This document shows, piece by piece, positions 1 through 8,956 of a stretch of 37,749 nt of DNA. The notes under the pieces were generated by a model, which saw nothing but the letters and a program-made list of their open reading frames with translations, searched no databases and was not told where the DNA came from. Location of the stretch: the NCBI GenBank assembly GCA_965367815.1, contig CBDUKN010000024.1, positions 1 through 37,749 on the forward strand, read 5' to 3'. The translations under genes and the position numbers were made by a program. Numbering within the stretch: position 1 is the first letter of the stretch; every line of letters begins with the position of its first letter. Source of the DNA: an uncultured Thermoprotei archaeon. Its GTDB lineage: Archaea; Thermoproteota; Thermoprotei; Thermofilales; B15-G2.

Positions 1-1
1 A

Positions 2-559
2 CTACTCTGGATATATTTTTATTCTGCATGTTGTGTATCCTGTTGCCCAGCAGTGTGTTTCTATTGCGTGGTGTTGTTTTTGGGTAAGTTTAGTGAATAT
101 TCCTGCGAGTATTCCTGCTTCAAAATGGCATACAGGCATCCCTATGTTAGGTAGTCCGCTTCCACTAATACACTCGTATATGTCGACTATTTTCTCGTTC
201 TCGGTATCTTTTACTACTGTAATAAGGCCTAGTCGACTCTCATGAAACTTATTAAATAAGTCGTCTACTGACTTAATGAAACCTAGTTCAACAAACCTTT
301 TACCCAATTCGTAGCCCGAACGATAGTACATTGAAGCAGCCCCCTTTAAACCAAGAACAGTTACCAAAGCATAGCGAGCCATACGAAACGACTCAACATA
401 GTACTTGTCGTCTGGATTAATTGACTCAAAGTAAGGGCGCTGAACACTAAGGCATTTATTTATACAGAATACTTTAGATTTTGGGCGGGGAGGAAGGGCC
501 TTCAAACTCTTTTTCTGATTTCTCACAGTATCTGCTTGAGAATTTTCTTTTAGTTTCAT
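2..559 (-). CDS. V4R (4-vinyl reductase) domain protein
   Basis: V4R motifs: G-Y-E-L-G helix, 'YECISGSGLPNIGMPVCHFEAGILAG', 'ETHCWATGYTTC'. GGTGAT SD at 566-571. TAG stop at 2-4. Confidence 0.85.
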   Translation of the reverse strand: MKLKENSQADTVRNQKKSLKALPPRPKSKVFCINKCLSVQRPYFESINPDDKYYVESFRMARYALVTVLGLKGAASMYYRSGYELGKRFVELGFIKSVDDLFNKFHESRLGLITVVKDTENEKIVDIYECISGSGLPNIGMPVCHFEAGILAGIFTKLTQKQHHAIETHCWATGYTTCRIKIYPE

Positions 560-600
560 CCAATTATCACCCTTTGTACATTCATTTAGAGTAGACCTAG

Positions 601-960
601 CTAGAAATAAAAGCTAAACCGACATTTTTCCCTTGAAAAGCCAAACATCAAACCATAGTGTTCATTAGTGACGATAACTATACCAGCATTCTCGCCACTA
701 ACAATAAGGTAGTTCACTTTATTTATACCGATACTTTTAGTAAATGTTCCTACAGCACCGCTAATAGCACTAGCCTGTACACTAGCATCAAGTGGATCAA
801 CGGTGTCACTAGGATATACAGCAGCATGTAAGCCTTCATGAGTGAAAAGTACTACAAAAATACCATTTATCTCATTGATAAGCTTATGCAGTATTTTCAC
901 TAAATACTCTCTAGATCTTTTCTCTCTTTCTCTAACTTCAGCTCTACTTAATACAGACAT
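601..960 (-). CDS. Roadblock/LC7 (MglB-like) domain protein; C-terminus probably frameshifted
   Basis: Pattern 'LINEINGIFVVLFTHEGL...ASAISGA...IGINKVNYLIVSGENAGIVI'. Likely start is ATG 960 (ORF track extends to 1041). A terminal helix-like sequence (NVGLA..LFLARSTLNE) lies in other frames. Confidence 0.7.
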   Translation of the reverse strand: MSVLSRAEVREREKRSREYLVKILHKLINEINGIFVVLFTHEGLHAAVYPSDTVDPLDASVQASAISGAVGTFTKSIGINKVNYLIVSGENAGIVIVTNEHYGLMFGFSREKCRFSFYF

Positions 961-1116
961 ATTTTCCCCTAGCCTAGATGACCTTTCAGTCGTCCAATTA
1001 AAATGTTTCACCCGTAGTTCACTAGAAGATATTAGTTTCATTTGCTGGATGTAGTAGAGCTAGTTTCTCGCTTTCTGTCAATGCTCTCCTTGGTTTTCGC
1101 TCTATTGAAAACTATC

Positions 1117-2262
1117 TTATTTCATGGACCTGTATACTCCCTTCTTTTTCGCGTATTCTATCATGAAAAAGAAGTTTTCTGCATTAGTGCATATAGATAT
1201 ATTTGCTGAAGCTGATAGAACATATCCTCCTCCGGGTGCACCTTCTCGTAAACACCTATCTACTTCTCTAGCTACATCTTCTTTTGTGCCGAATTCAATT
1301 ACCTTGGGATCGACGTTTCCAACTAAACATATTTTGTCTCCATACATTTCTTTCACTTTCTTTAGACTCATGCCAGCCATAACATCTATCCCTTGGTAGG
1401 CACTAATGCCTGCGTCTACTATATCGGGTAGCAGAGACTCTATATTGCCGTCGCTGTGTAGTACAGCGAAGGCTCCCTTCTTCCTGAATGCATCACACTG
1501 CTTCTTTAGAGCAGGTTTAATGAACTCCCTGAACATCGAGGGACTCATCCAGGGCCTAGTGCCGCACCCGTAGTCAACGCACATCTGTATAGCGTCTGCT
1601 CCTTCATCGATAGCAGCTTTACCGTACTCTATGGCGAGCCTAGTATAGTAGTCTATTATTGCTTTAACAGCGTCGGGCCTCCTCCTCGTCCACACTAAAA
1701 CATGCTTTAGCAAGTTAGGTCTAGAGACTATTGGGCCCCAGGATCCATCTGCGTCAAATGAAATAAAGAACTCTCCTTTAGCTCTCTTAACAACTTCTCT
1801 CAGAATATCGAGTACTCTGTAGTCGACTTCTACTTCTTTTTCCCTAAATTCCCTGACTATTTCGTCTGGATCATAGTGTTTGGGTTCGCTTAAATTCCAC
1901 ATGCTTTCGCCAGACCACTTCAATACTGCTCCGTCTACAAGCCAAGTGTTTTCTCCGAGTTTCTTGACTTCGGGTACCTTAGTATACGCACCACCGACTC
2001 TAATCCAGTCTAGCCCCAGCTTAGTGTATATTTCAACTAGTTCTTCAGCAATTCTCCTGTTTATTTTACTTAAGTCTACTCTCTTCCCTGATGCAATTAA
2101 ATCGAAAAGAGCTGGAGGATTATGTGCTAGTACTTGGCTGGGACTCTTGTTTAAGACTACTGCAGCTATTTTAGTAGGTACATGCATCTCATATATGGGT
2201 ACTCTGTCGGGTACTTTTAGCTCCATTGCTTTAACTACTCTTTCTCGAGAGTTCACTACCAA
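1117..2262 (-). CDS. Uroporphyrinogen decarboxylase/MtaA-like (URO-D superfamily) protein
   Basis: 'SRERVVKAM..KVPDRVP', 'DYG....WMSPSMFREFIKP', 'LHSDGNI', 'LKKVKEMYGDKICLVGNVD', 'PGGGYVLS'. Confidence 0.85.
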   Translation of the reverse strand: MVVNSRERVVKAMELKVPDRVPIYEMHVPTKIAAVVLNKSPSQVLAHNPPALFDLIASGKRVDLSKINRRIAEELVEIYTKLGLDWIRVGGAYTKVPEVKKLGENTWLVDGAVLKWSGESMWNLSEPKHYDPDEIVREFREKEVEVDYRVLDILREVVKRAKGEFFISFDADGSWGPIVSRPNLLKHVLVWTRRRPDAVKAIIDYYTRLAIEYGKAAIDEGADAIQMCVDYGCGTRPWMSPSMFREFIKPALKKQCDAFRKKGAFAVLHSDGNIESLLPDIVDAGISAYQGIDVMAGMSLKKVKEMYGDKICLVGNVDPKVIEFGTKEDVAREVDRCLREGAPGGGYVLSASANISICTNAENFFFMIEYAKKKGVYRSMK

Positions 2263-2334
2263 TATATCGCTACAATCTGCTTTAAGAGTATAGACTAAGC
2301 AAGTTTTTTAACCTAGGTGAACTAATTTACCTAG

Positions 2335-2718
2335 ATGACTCTTGTAGTAAAAAAGATCGACGAAAAGAAGCTTAGAGAATTTAAGGCAGCCGCTATTAAA
2401 AGAGGACTTAAACTTTATGAAGCCATAGATGAAGCTATATCGTTATGGCTTCTTTTCAACGAGAAAATACTCGCCGAGGACGAGGAACTCAATCACTTGG
2501 CTTATGAAAGAGAAGCAAGAAAACTTGAAGAAAAATACAAGGGGTGGTATGCAGTCTTCTTTGAGGGAAAACTTCAAGCCTTGTGTAAAACACTCGAAGA
2601 AGTTCGCGAAGTTCTCTCAAAAACTAAGCCTAAACACGCTGTAGTAGCTCATATAGGTCACGATAAGCCCGAGGTGCTAGAATGGTGGGGAGGAAGTATA
2701 GAGCAATTGAGTGCTTAA
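2335..2718 (+). CDS. RHH-like N-terminus plus DUF5678-like domain (putative antitoxin/regulator)
   Basis: N-terminal 'LVVKKIDEKKLREFKAAAIKRGLKLYEAIDEAI' is RHH-like. 'KYKGWYAVFFEGKL' resembles DUF5678. Confidence 0.6.
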   Translation: MTLVVKKIDEKKLREFKAAAIKRGLKLYEAIDEAISLWLLFNEKILAEDEELNHLAYEREARKLEEKYKGWYAVFFEGKLQALCKTLEEVREVLSKTKPKHAVVAHIGHDKPEVLEWWGGSIEQLSA

Positions 2719-3104
2719 AATACTTTAATGCACGACAACCCTACCCTGTACTAAAATTCAAGTTAGTAAATTTAGCTAGAGAAGAATATCCTGAAGAACT
2801 AATAGCCCCTGTTGATACGGGCTTTGAAGGATGTCTCTTGGTGACTAGAGAGATATATGATTTCGTGAAAGTAGGTGAACTACCTAAGTCTTCGTGGGGA
2901 GTTTACCGAACTTTAGCTGGAACTACTACTATGCGTAGTGCCAGAGCATTTATTGTCGTAGGGGACCAAAAACTTCCAGTTATAGTTGAAACACCCTACT
3001 TCGGTTTAGGAAAACTCCTTATAGGCAGATGCGTACTCAACAGACTAATTCTTATTCTCGACGGAGTTTCTAAAGAAACGTGCTTGGCTGAACCTTTATC
3101 ATAG
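2682..3104 (+). CDS. Clan AA (retropepsin-like) aspartic protease
   Basis: Catalytic 'PVDTGFEG' motif and C-terminal 'LIGRCVLN' motif; 140 aa, single domain. Confidence 0.8.
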   Translation: MVGRKYRAIECLKYFNARQPYPVLKFKLVNLAREEYPEELIAPVDTGFEGCLLVTREIYDFVKVGELPKSSWGVYRTLAGTTTMRSARAFIVVGDQKLPVIVETPYFGLGKLLIGRCVLNRLILILDGVSKETCLAEPLS

Positions 3105-3112
3105 GCTTAAAT

Positions 3113-3832
3113 CTATAAAGACTCTAGTGGCTCTACTTTGCCGTAAATGGATTTTGGTCTCTTGACTGGAGCAGCCCACATGGCTGCGTTTACTAGTACT
3201 TTCTGCACGTTTTTGTCGTAGTATATTGGGTATGTTTCGTGGCCGGGCTTGAAGTAGAATATTTTGCCTCTCCCGCGGTAAAAACAGCAGCCGCTACGAA
3301 ATACTTCTCCTCCTTTAAACCAACTTGTGAAAACTAGCTCGTCTGGCGGCGGTATGTCGAATGGCTCGCCGTACATTTCAGTATGCTCTAGCTCAAAGTA
3401 GTCTCCTATTCCCTCTGCGATAGGGTGCCATGGTGCGACAACCCATATTCTCTCTTTTTCGCCTGCTTCATGCCACTTTACTTTACATGAAGTGCCCACG
3501 AGTTTTCTGAAGATTTTAGAGTTTTTAGCTGAGTGGAGTACTATGAAGCCTACGCCGTCTCTCACTATTTTCTCGTAGACTCTTTCAGCAATTCTATCCT
3601 CTAGCTTCTCGTTAGCGATATGAGACCACATTACGATGACATCTGTTTTATCTAAGATTTCTTTGCTGAAGCCTTGCTCAGGATCACTTAAAGTAGCTGT
3701 AGTTACTTCGAAGCCTGCTTTCTCGAGAGCCTCTGCAATGACTATATGTATTCCCTCAGGATATATTTCGGCTGCTTCAGGATTTTCTTTTTCAACAATA
3801 TACTCGTTCCAGACAAGTACTTTTAGCTTCAC
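3113..3832 (-). CDS. thuA: Trehalose utilisation protein ThuA
   Basis: 'VWNE..E....IYPEGIH', 'GFIVLHS', 'EMYGEPFDIPPPDELVF.SWF.GGEVFRSGC', 'YF.PGHETYPIY'. Confidence 0.9.
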   Translation of the reverse strand: MKLKVLVWNEYIVEKENPEAAEIYPEGIHIVIAEALEKAGFEVTTATLSDPEQGFSKEILDKTDVIVMWSHIANEKLEDRIAERVYEKIVRDGVGFIVLHSAKNSKIFRKLVGTSCKVKWHEAGEKERIWVVAPWHPIAEGIGDYFELEHTEMYGEPFDIPPPDELVFTSWFKGGEVFRSGCCFYRGRGKIFYFKPGHETYPIYYDKNVQKVLVNAAMWAAPVKRPKSIYGKVEPLESL

Positions 3833-3876
3833 GGTAGACTAGCGACTCCGAGAATATTATATTTTAGTTCCTCAGC

Positions 3877-3938
3877 GGAGGCTCACCCTCTGGCGTATAT
3901 GATCATCAGTCATATCGCCCGAGCCGATCATTGCCTCC
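3877..3938 (-). ncRNA. Candidate K-turn small RNA (box C/D-like)
   Basis: Minus strand reads GGAGGC-AAUGAUC...AUGA-CUGAUGA...GUGA-GCCUCC: 6-bp terminal stem with C/D'/C'/D-like boxes. GC-rich island in an AT-rich intergenic region, with TTTTAATA about 25 nt upstream. Confidence 0.5.
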
Positions 3939-3987
3939 AGTACAATTTAACAGGAAGTATTAAAACTCTACTGCACTTAACGTTTCA

Positions 3988-4767
3988 ATGCGACTAGCTG
4001 TAGTAGGTTACGGTAAAATGGGTGAAGCTTTGGCCAAAGCTTTCTGGGAAAGCAGCGCTGTTTCCGAGATTCTGGCCTACGATATTCTTAAAGAGAGACT
4101 GAAAGCCGCTGAGAAAGCTGGTTTCAGGGCAACCCGCAGTCTGAAGGGAGCTGTAGAGAAAGCGGAAGTCGTTCTTCTTTCAGTTAAACCAAATAATGTT
4201 CCCGAAGTTTCTGATGAGTGGAAGGGCGGAGGAAAACTTTTACTGAGTATTGTTGCGGGCTACACCACTTCTCTGCTAGGCAAGTATTTTCCTGAAGCAA
4301 GAATTATTAGAGCAATGCCTAACATAAACGTGGTTTCTAAAGCAGCTTTTGTGGCCTTATGTAGAGGTCCTCGAGCAACAGATGAGGACTTGAATACTGC
4401 AGTTAAGCTGTTTTCGTCAGCAGGAGAAGTAGAGGTAGTTGACGAGAAATTAATGGACGCTATTACAGCAGTCTCGGGCTCAGGTCCAGCTATAGCCGCC
4501 TACTTAATCGATGCTGTTGCTTCAGCTGGAGTATACTTAGGTATACCTAGGCCTCTCGCAGAGAAAATTGCCCGAGTGCTTTTCCTAGGTACAGCTAAGA
4601 CTTTAAGTAAAATGAGGACAGAAAATCTCATTTGGAGCGTAGCTACGCCAGGAGGCACTACTGTTGAGGCCTTAATGGTTTTAGAGAAAGAAGGAGTTAA
4701 AGGAAAAATAATGGAGTCGCTTAAAGCAGCCGCTGAAAAATCCCGCAGACTAGCTACCTCAAAGTAG
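3988..4767 (+). CDS. proC: Pyrroline-5-carboxylate reductase
   Basis: 'GYGKMG' Rossmann motif, 'LSVKP', 'RAMPN', 'TAVSGSGPA', 'VATPGGTT'. Confidence 0.95.
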   Translation: MRLAVVGYGKMGEALAKAFWESSAVSEILAYDILKERLKAAEKAGFRATRSLKGAVEKAEVVLLSVKPNNVPEVSDEWKGGGKLLLSIVAGYTTSLLGKYFPEARIIRAMPNINVVSKAAFVALCRGPRATDEDLNTAVKLFSSAGEVEVVDEKLMDAITAVSGSGPAIAAYLIDAVASAGVYLGIPRPLAEKIARVLFLGTAKTLSKMRTENLIWSVATPGGTTVEALMVLEKEGVKGKIMESLKAAAEKSRRLATSK

Positions 4768-4772
4768 CTCCC

Positions 4773-5494
4773 CTACACCTCTATTAAATCCACTAGCTCT
4801 TCGAGACTGTGTATAACCGCGTCCGGCTCTAAGCCTTTTTCATATGCAGTATTTTCTTGAGACTCACCTCTATTTAGTAGAACTCCTCGAATACCGAGCT
4901 TTTTCACTCCAGCGATATCGGCTTTATAGGAGTCACCCACCATTACAGCTTCCTCAGGCTTAGCTCCTAGAAACCTTAAGGTTTCTAGAAAAATTATGGA
5001 ATGAGGTTTAAGCCTCATGACTTTATATAAAGCCATAAGTACGTCAAAGTACTCGTGAAAGCAGAACTTTTTAACTATATACTCGAAACGCATAGTAGCA
5101 TTAGATACGATAGCAGTCTTCAGGCCTCTCTCCCTAAAATACTTTACAGTAGGAATAGCATCAGGATAGACTTTAACGAGCAAACTTCAATGTCGTAGAA
5201 GACATCAAGTATCTTTTTAACAAGATTAATAGATGGAGTAAAGCCAAGTTCTTTTAAAAGCCTCCAATATAAGTAAACTAAATCTAATTCACTTGAAGTT
5301 CTTTCAAGATTCTTTAATAACCTATCATGTATCTCCACATATTTTCTAGAAAAATCCTCTAAGCCGACTTTGAATCCAAGTGAATTCAAGTACTTTACAG
5401 TGGCTTTTAAAGCTTGTTCCCAGAATTTCTCCCAGTTCTCACCATATACTAGCGTATTATATAAATCAAAGAGCACAGCTCCTGCCTTAATCAT
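4773..5494 (-). pseudogene. HAD-superfamily hydrolase split by one frameshift (or an assembly error)
   Basis: Motif I 'FDLYNTL' lies in ORF 5144-5494. Motifs II-IV ('VSNA', 'KP', 'MVGDSYKADI') lie in ORF 4773-5183. One extra T at 5182-5184 joins them (…IEVLLVKVYPDA…). Confidence 0.8.
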
Positions 5495-5547
5495 CCAGTA
5501 ACTACGACTCCAAAGCCTATTTATTATTTATTTACACTAAACGCCTT

Positions 5548-5670
5548 TTAATGGCAACTCCCGCCACGATAACTGCAATAAAAATAGCAAGGAATCCACG
5601 TAGGTTGAGCTGAAACTACTCCAGCTAAAAGAAAAACTGCCAGTATAAATGAAAATATACTCTTCATCAT
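5548..5670 (-). CDS. Unannotated 40-aa ORF with signal peptide (secreted peptide or deletion remnant)
   Basis: Manual translation: MMKSIFSFILAVFLLAGVVSA-QPTWIPCYFYCSYRGGSCH*. AT-rich TATA-like box upstream. Confidence 0.45.
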   Translation of the reverse strand: MMKSIFSFILAVFLLAGVVSAQPTWIPCYFYCSYRGGSCH

Positions 5671-5843
5671 GAATAACTTACCTAACTAATTAAATAAATA
5701 TAACTATGTTCTATAAATTAGAACAGTTTTTCGAAAAATTAGTGCGCTCGAGTCTTAAGCTAAGTTAAGTAAGCTGACTTATGTTTCTGAAAAGTATGCA
5801 AATCCGCTATAGTTACATGTGTAAATTAATCTCGATTATTTTG

Positions 5844-6929
5844 CTATTTAGAAGAGAAGATTTTCTCGCAGAAACTACTATACAGTATTACCTTTTTAGC
5901 TTCAACATCTTCCAGGAAGCAGCCCCAGCCTCCTACAGTTACTTTTCCTTCATTACTTTTAACTACTATACTGTAGCTGAGCCAGTTTTCGCCTATACTA
6001 TAGTCTATTACTTCGCCTTTAATATAGGCCGGCTCTTTAGACTTAACATATGATCCCTCTATTTCAACATATACTGGGCCGAGATTATTTTTGAACAATA
6101 TGTCTACGTCCTCTACTAAACGCCAGAAGTGAGTATAGGAGAGAGGTTTGCTGAAAAGATTTAGGTTTGGACCTACATCAGTTGATGTTAGCCACAGAGC
6201 TAAGTGGAAAAAGTCGTTTATCATTCTGAGGAGGTTTTCATCCTCTACTATCATGGCGTAGCTTTCATCGAGATAAGGCATTTCGTTGCTGGTTTTTAGG
6301 TAGAAGACTACGCCTACTTCTCTGTCGATGAAGAGAGTAGATACAGCAGGTATACTTCTTACTTTAACTCTAGCGTACTTCGATAGAGTGTTTACGTAAA
6401 ATTTTGTTTTCATAGAGTCCGTCTCATAGATTACTAGCGATAAGTTTACGCCGTTTCTTCCTAGAGCACTTAGCTTCGATGAAAACTTTTTGAGCAAATA
6501 ATCAGGAGTTGCCAGCGCCAAGCTAATGGCACTCTTGTTCATAAGGTCTCTTACTCTTCGAATAATGTTATCTAATCCACTTACCACCCATAATCCTCCT
6601 TTCTCGTACTTTTCTAGAGAAAGTACTTTTCTTAAAAGCTCTTTAATTGTATTTTTTCTCTCCTCATATTTTTTGAGAAGATTTTCTAGGCTGTAGTCAG
6701 GGTCTACTATTCTGTATACTTTAGGTCTTTTGCTTTGAGACTCTATGAGACCCTTTTCTTCGAGACTTCTTAGAACACTGTATATTTTCGATAAAGGTAT
6801 TTTTGCTCTTCTAGCAATATTTGGAGCAGTAGTTTCGCGGTAGAGAGCTAGAGCTATGAATGCTCTTGCCTCGTAGTTGCTTAAACCTAGTCCCATTAGA
6901 TTCTTGATCAGCTCGTCGGCAATAGACAT
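5844..6929 (-). CDS. trmB: TrmB family sugar-sensing transcriptional regulator
   Basis: wHTH 'LGLSNYEARAFIAL...IARRAKIPLSKIYSVLRSLEEKGLI'. C-terminal sugar-binding signature 'VTVGGWGCFLEDVEA'. True start is likely ATG 6929; the extension to 7151 overlaps the upstream gene. Confidence 0.9.
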   Translation of the reverse strand: MSIADELIKNLMGLGLSNYEARAFIALALYRETTAPNIARRAKIPLSKIYSVLRSLEEKGLIESQSKRPKVYRIVDPDYSLENLLKKYEERKNTIKELLRKVLSLEKYEKGGLWVVSGLDNIIRRVRDLMNKSAISLALATPDYLLKKFSSKLSALGRNGVNLSLVIYETDSMKTKFYVNTLSKYARVKVRSIPAVSTLFIDREVGVVFYLKTSNEMPYLDESYAMIVEDENLLRMINDFFHLALWLTSTDVGPNLNLFSKPLSYTHFWRLVEDVDILFKNNLGPVYVEIEGSYVKSKEPAYIKGEVIDYSIGENWLSYSIVVKSNEGKVTVGGWGCFLEDVEAKKVILYSSFCEKIFSSK

Positions 6930-6936
6930 ATTTCTC

Positions 6937-6965
6937 TTTCCAAATATTAGAAAAATCTTAAAAAT
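6937..6965 (-). promoter_or_regulatory. trmB promoter: TATA-like TTTTTAAG followed by imperfect palindrome TTTCTAATATTTGGAAA
   Basis: Palindrome at 6937-6953 lies between the TATA-like box and the ATG. Confidence 0.35.
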
Positions 6966-6997
6966 TTTATGGGTCTTGTAGTTAAAATCGATAGCGC

Positions 6998-8956
6998 TTA
7001 GTAGGGGAACAGGAATCTGTATATTGTTCCTAGTCCTAGCACGAAGACCGCGAAGGCGTAGCCTAGGAAGACCCCTGAAGCTAGGCTTACTCCGTACTTC
7101 TCGTATACTTTTGCTCCACCTAGCTTCACTGTAATGTACTTTAGTAGCCAAGCTATGAACGCTGGGAATGCGTGTCCTTCGACTCCACCTATTGTTCCGA
7201 AGACTAGGCCTATTCCGTTAAGTGGGAACCAGTAGTACCTCATTCTCAGGAAGAAGACTATGCCTGATATAGCTAAGCCTACTAGTGCGTGAGGTATCCA
7301 TGGTGGGTCAGCTGGATACGGAGCTATAAGCGACGGATTAGTCCACCTGTCTGGCCACCACCAGCCGTCGACACTTACCGGTATTTTGCTGTAGCCTACA
7401 GCGTACCATGTGAATACTACTAGAGGACCTGCTACAATGTTTGTTAAAATTAGTGCTGATACTAGACCTTTGAATACTTGTGTTGGAGATAGACCCTTCT
7501 CTTCGCCTATTTTGTAGGCTAATAGCGAGTAGTAGAGAGGCCCGTAGGTGATAGACGATGCTGAGGCACAGATAAGGCTGTGTGCCATTAGCTGGACTTC
7601 GAAGTAGCTTCTATCTACTTCCTCGAGCCTTTTGCCTGGATAGAGTACGTGGTATGTGAGCGCCTGCAGTGTGCCCCACCAGCCGCCGCTGAAAGCGACT
7701 CCTGCTTCAGCATACTGTCTAGCCATAACTACGCTGTGTATTATTACGGCTATGAACAGCCATGCTGCAGCGTAGACTGCTGCTCCGGCTACAGCCATTA
7801 GGCCGACTGCCGCCAAGAACGTGACTGCTAGCAGTGTGTAGGAGAAAGAGTAGCCTATTTTTCCTTCGCGTATTTCTTCTACAGGGTTTCCTTTGAAAGC
7901 TTTCTTGAGTGTGTCTACGTACCACTTCCAGTTGAGGAGGAGAGGCCAGAGGAATACTCCGAGAAACATTCCTACTCCTGCTAAAGCGTGGAGCTTTAGG
8001 GGATCCTGGCGTCCTATGAGGTCGCATCTAGCGTAGCTGTCTGCTAGAGCCGGGATGCCTGAGTAGTAGCCCATAGTGTACGCTATTTGGGGCAATATTA
8101 CTAGGAAGACTAGCCACGAAATCCATGCTGTAAACAGGACGTCGAGAGGCACGATGTAGTAGAGAGCTACTTCGACGGGTGATGTCTGGAAAGTGAATAC
8201 TCCAGCGTAGTTCTGCTTTACTACTGGCGAGAACACAACCAAGTCGAAGAGCGAGGGGATGCCGTAGCGGAATGGAGGCTGGTTCCAGCCATAGATGTTG
8301 GGGAACCATGGTAGAAGCTGGTACAGTATCCACGGCAAGTACACTAGGAAGCCTATTGCTATTCCTAGGTGGAAGAGCCATGACACCTTTTCTTCTCTAC
8401 CTAGAGCGAAGTCTACGACTCTCTCGAAGATCACTGCATGGGGGTATGAGAGCTTCTCTATTTTATTCCATCTTTCTCTGAAAATACCTGCTATAGAGAA
8501 CATCATTAGCGCACAGACTATGACGAAGAAGTACCAGTAGGCGATGCTTATCGCCCAGTCTCCCCAGGGAACAGCTACTCCGCCGGCTAGCGCAGGTCTT
8601 AATACATCAGCTGGAGGAGCCCAGAGCTCCGGTAAGAGCTCGTTGTACATTTTAGGCTGAAGCAGTCTTGCTCCCAGGAACTGATTCATGAAGCACCATG
8701 GATAGAAGTAGCTGCCCATAGCGAAGGCTATTAGCAGGAATACTATCATTAGACTCAAGTGCTGCTCGCTAATGTACTCTCTTATCCAGGGGCCTATTAG
8801 TATGAAGAGGTAGAGCAGGCCTAAGATGAGAGTAGTGCCGCTGATCGCGTCTAAGTGGAAGCCGAAGAGCAGACCTATGAAGGCTACTTCGTATGCAAAC
8901 AGCACTGTTATTGAGAGAGCTAATAAGAGTAGTATTACCCAGACTCTACTCCTCAT
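6998..8956 (-). CDS. OPT-like polytopic membrane protein (DUF6785/DUF6784-like)
   Basis: Many hydrophobic segments. 'FRERWNKIEKLSYP' motif. C-terminal 'RYYWFPLNGIG...FIAWLLKYITVKLGG.KVY' typical of this family as I recall it. Confidence 0.75.
   Translation of the reverse strand: MRSRVWVILLLLALSITVLFAYEVAFIGLLFGFHLDAISGTTLILGLLYLFILIGPWIREYISEQHLSLMIVFLLIAFAMGSYFYPWCFMNQFLGARLLQPKMYNELLPELWAPPADVLRPALAGGVAVPWGDWAISIAYWYFFVIVCALMMFSIAGIFRERWNKIEKLSYPHAVIFERVVDFALGREEKVSWLFHLGIAIGFLVYLPWILYQLLPWFPNIYGWNQPPFRYGIPSLFDLVVFSPVVKQNYAGVFTFQTSPVEVALYYIVPLDVLFTAWISWLVFLVILPQIAYTMGYYSGIPALADSYARCDLIGRQDPLKLHALAGVGMFLGVFLWPLLLNWKWYVDTLKKAFKGNPVEEIREGKIGYSFSYTLLAVTFLAAVGLMAVAGAAVYAAAWLFIAVIIHSVVMARQYAEAGVAFSGGWWGTLQALTYHVLYPGKRLEEVDRSYFEVQLMAHSLICASASSITYGPLYYSLLAYKIGEEKGLSPTQVFKGLVSALILTNIVAGPLVVFTWYAVGYSKIPVSVDGWWWPDRWTNPSLIAPYPADPPWIPHALVGLAISGIVFFLRMRYYWFPLNGIGLVFGTIGGVEGHAFPAFIAWLLKYITVKLGGAKVYEKYGVSLASGVFLGYAFAVFVLGLGTIYRFLFPY

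Noticed and set aside
6930-7151. 74-aa N-terminal extension of TrmB in the ORF track
   Set aside because: It overlaps the upstream membrane gene out of frame. The HTH starts right after ATG 6929, which has its own TATA-like box.
7719-8540. Alternative-frame and antisense ORFs here and across the window (e.g. 1880-2293, 14608-15627, 27383-27757)
   Set aside because: They are shadows of well-supported genes, with no motifs and atypical composition.
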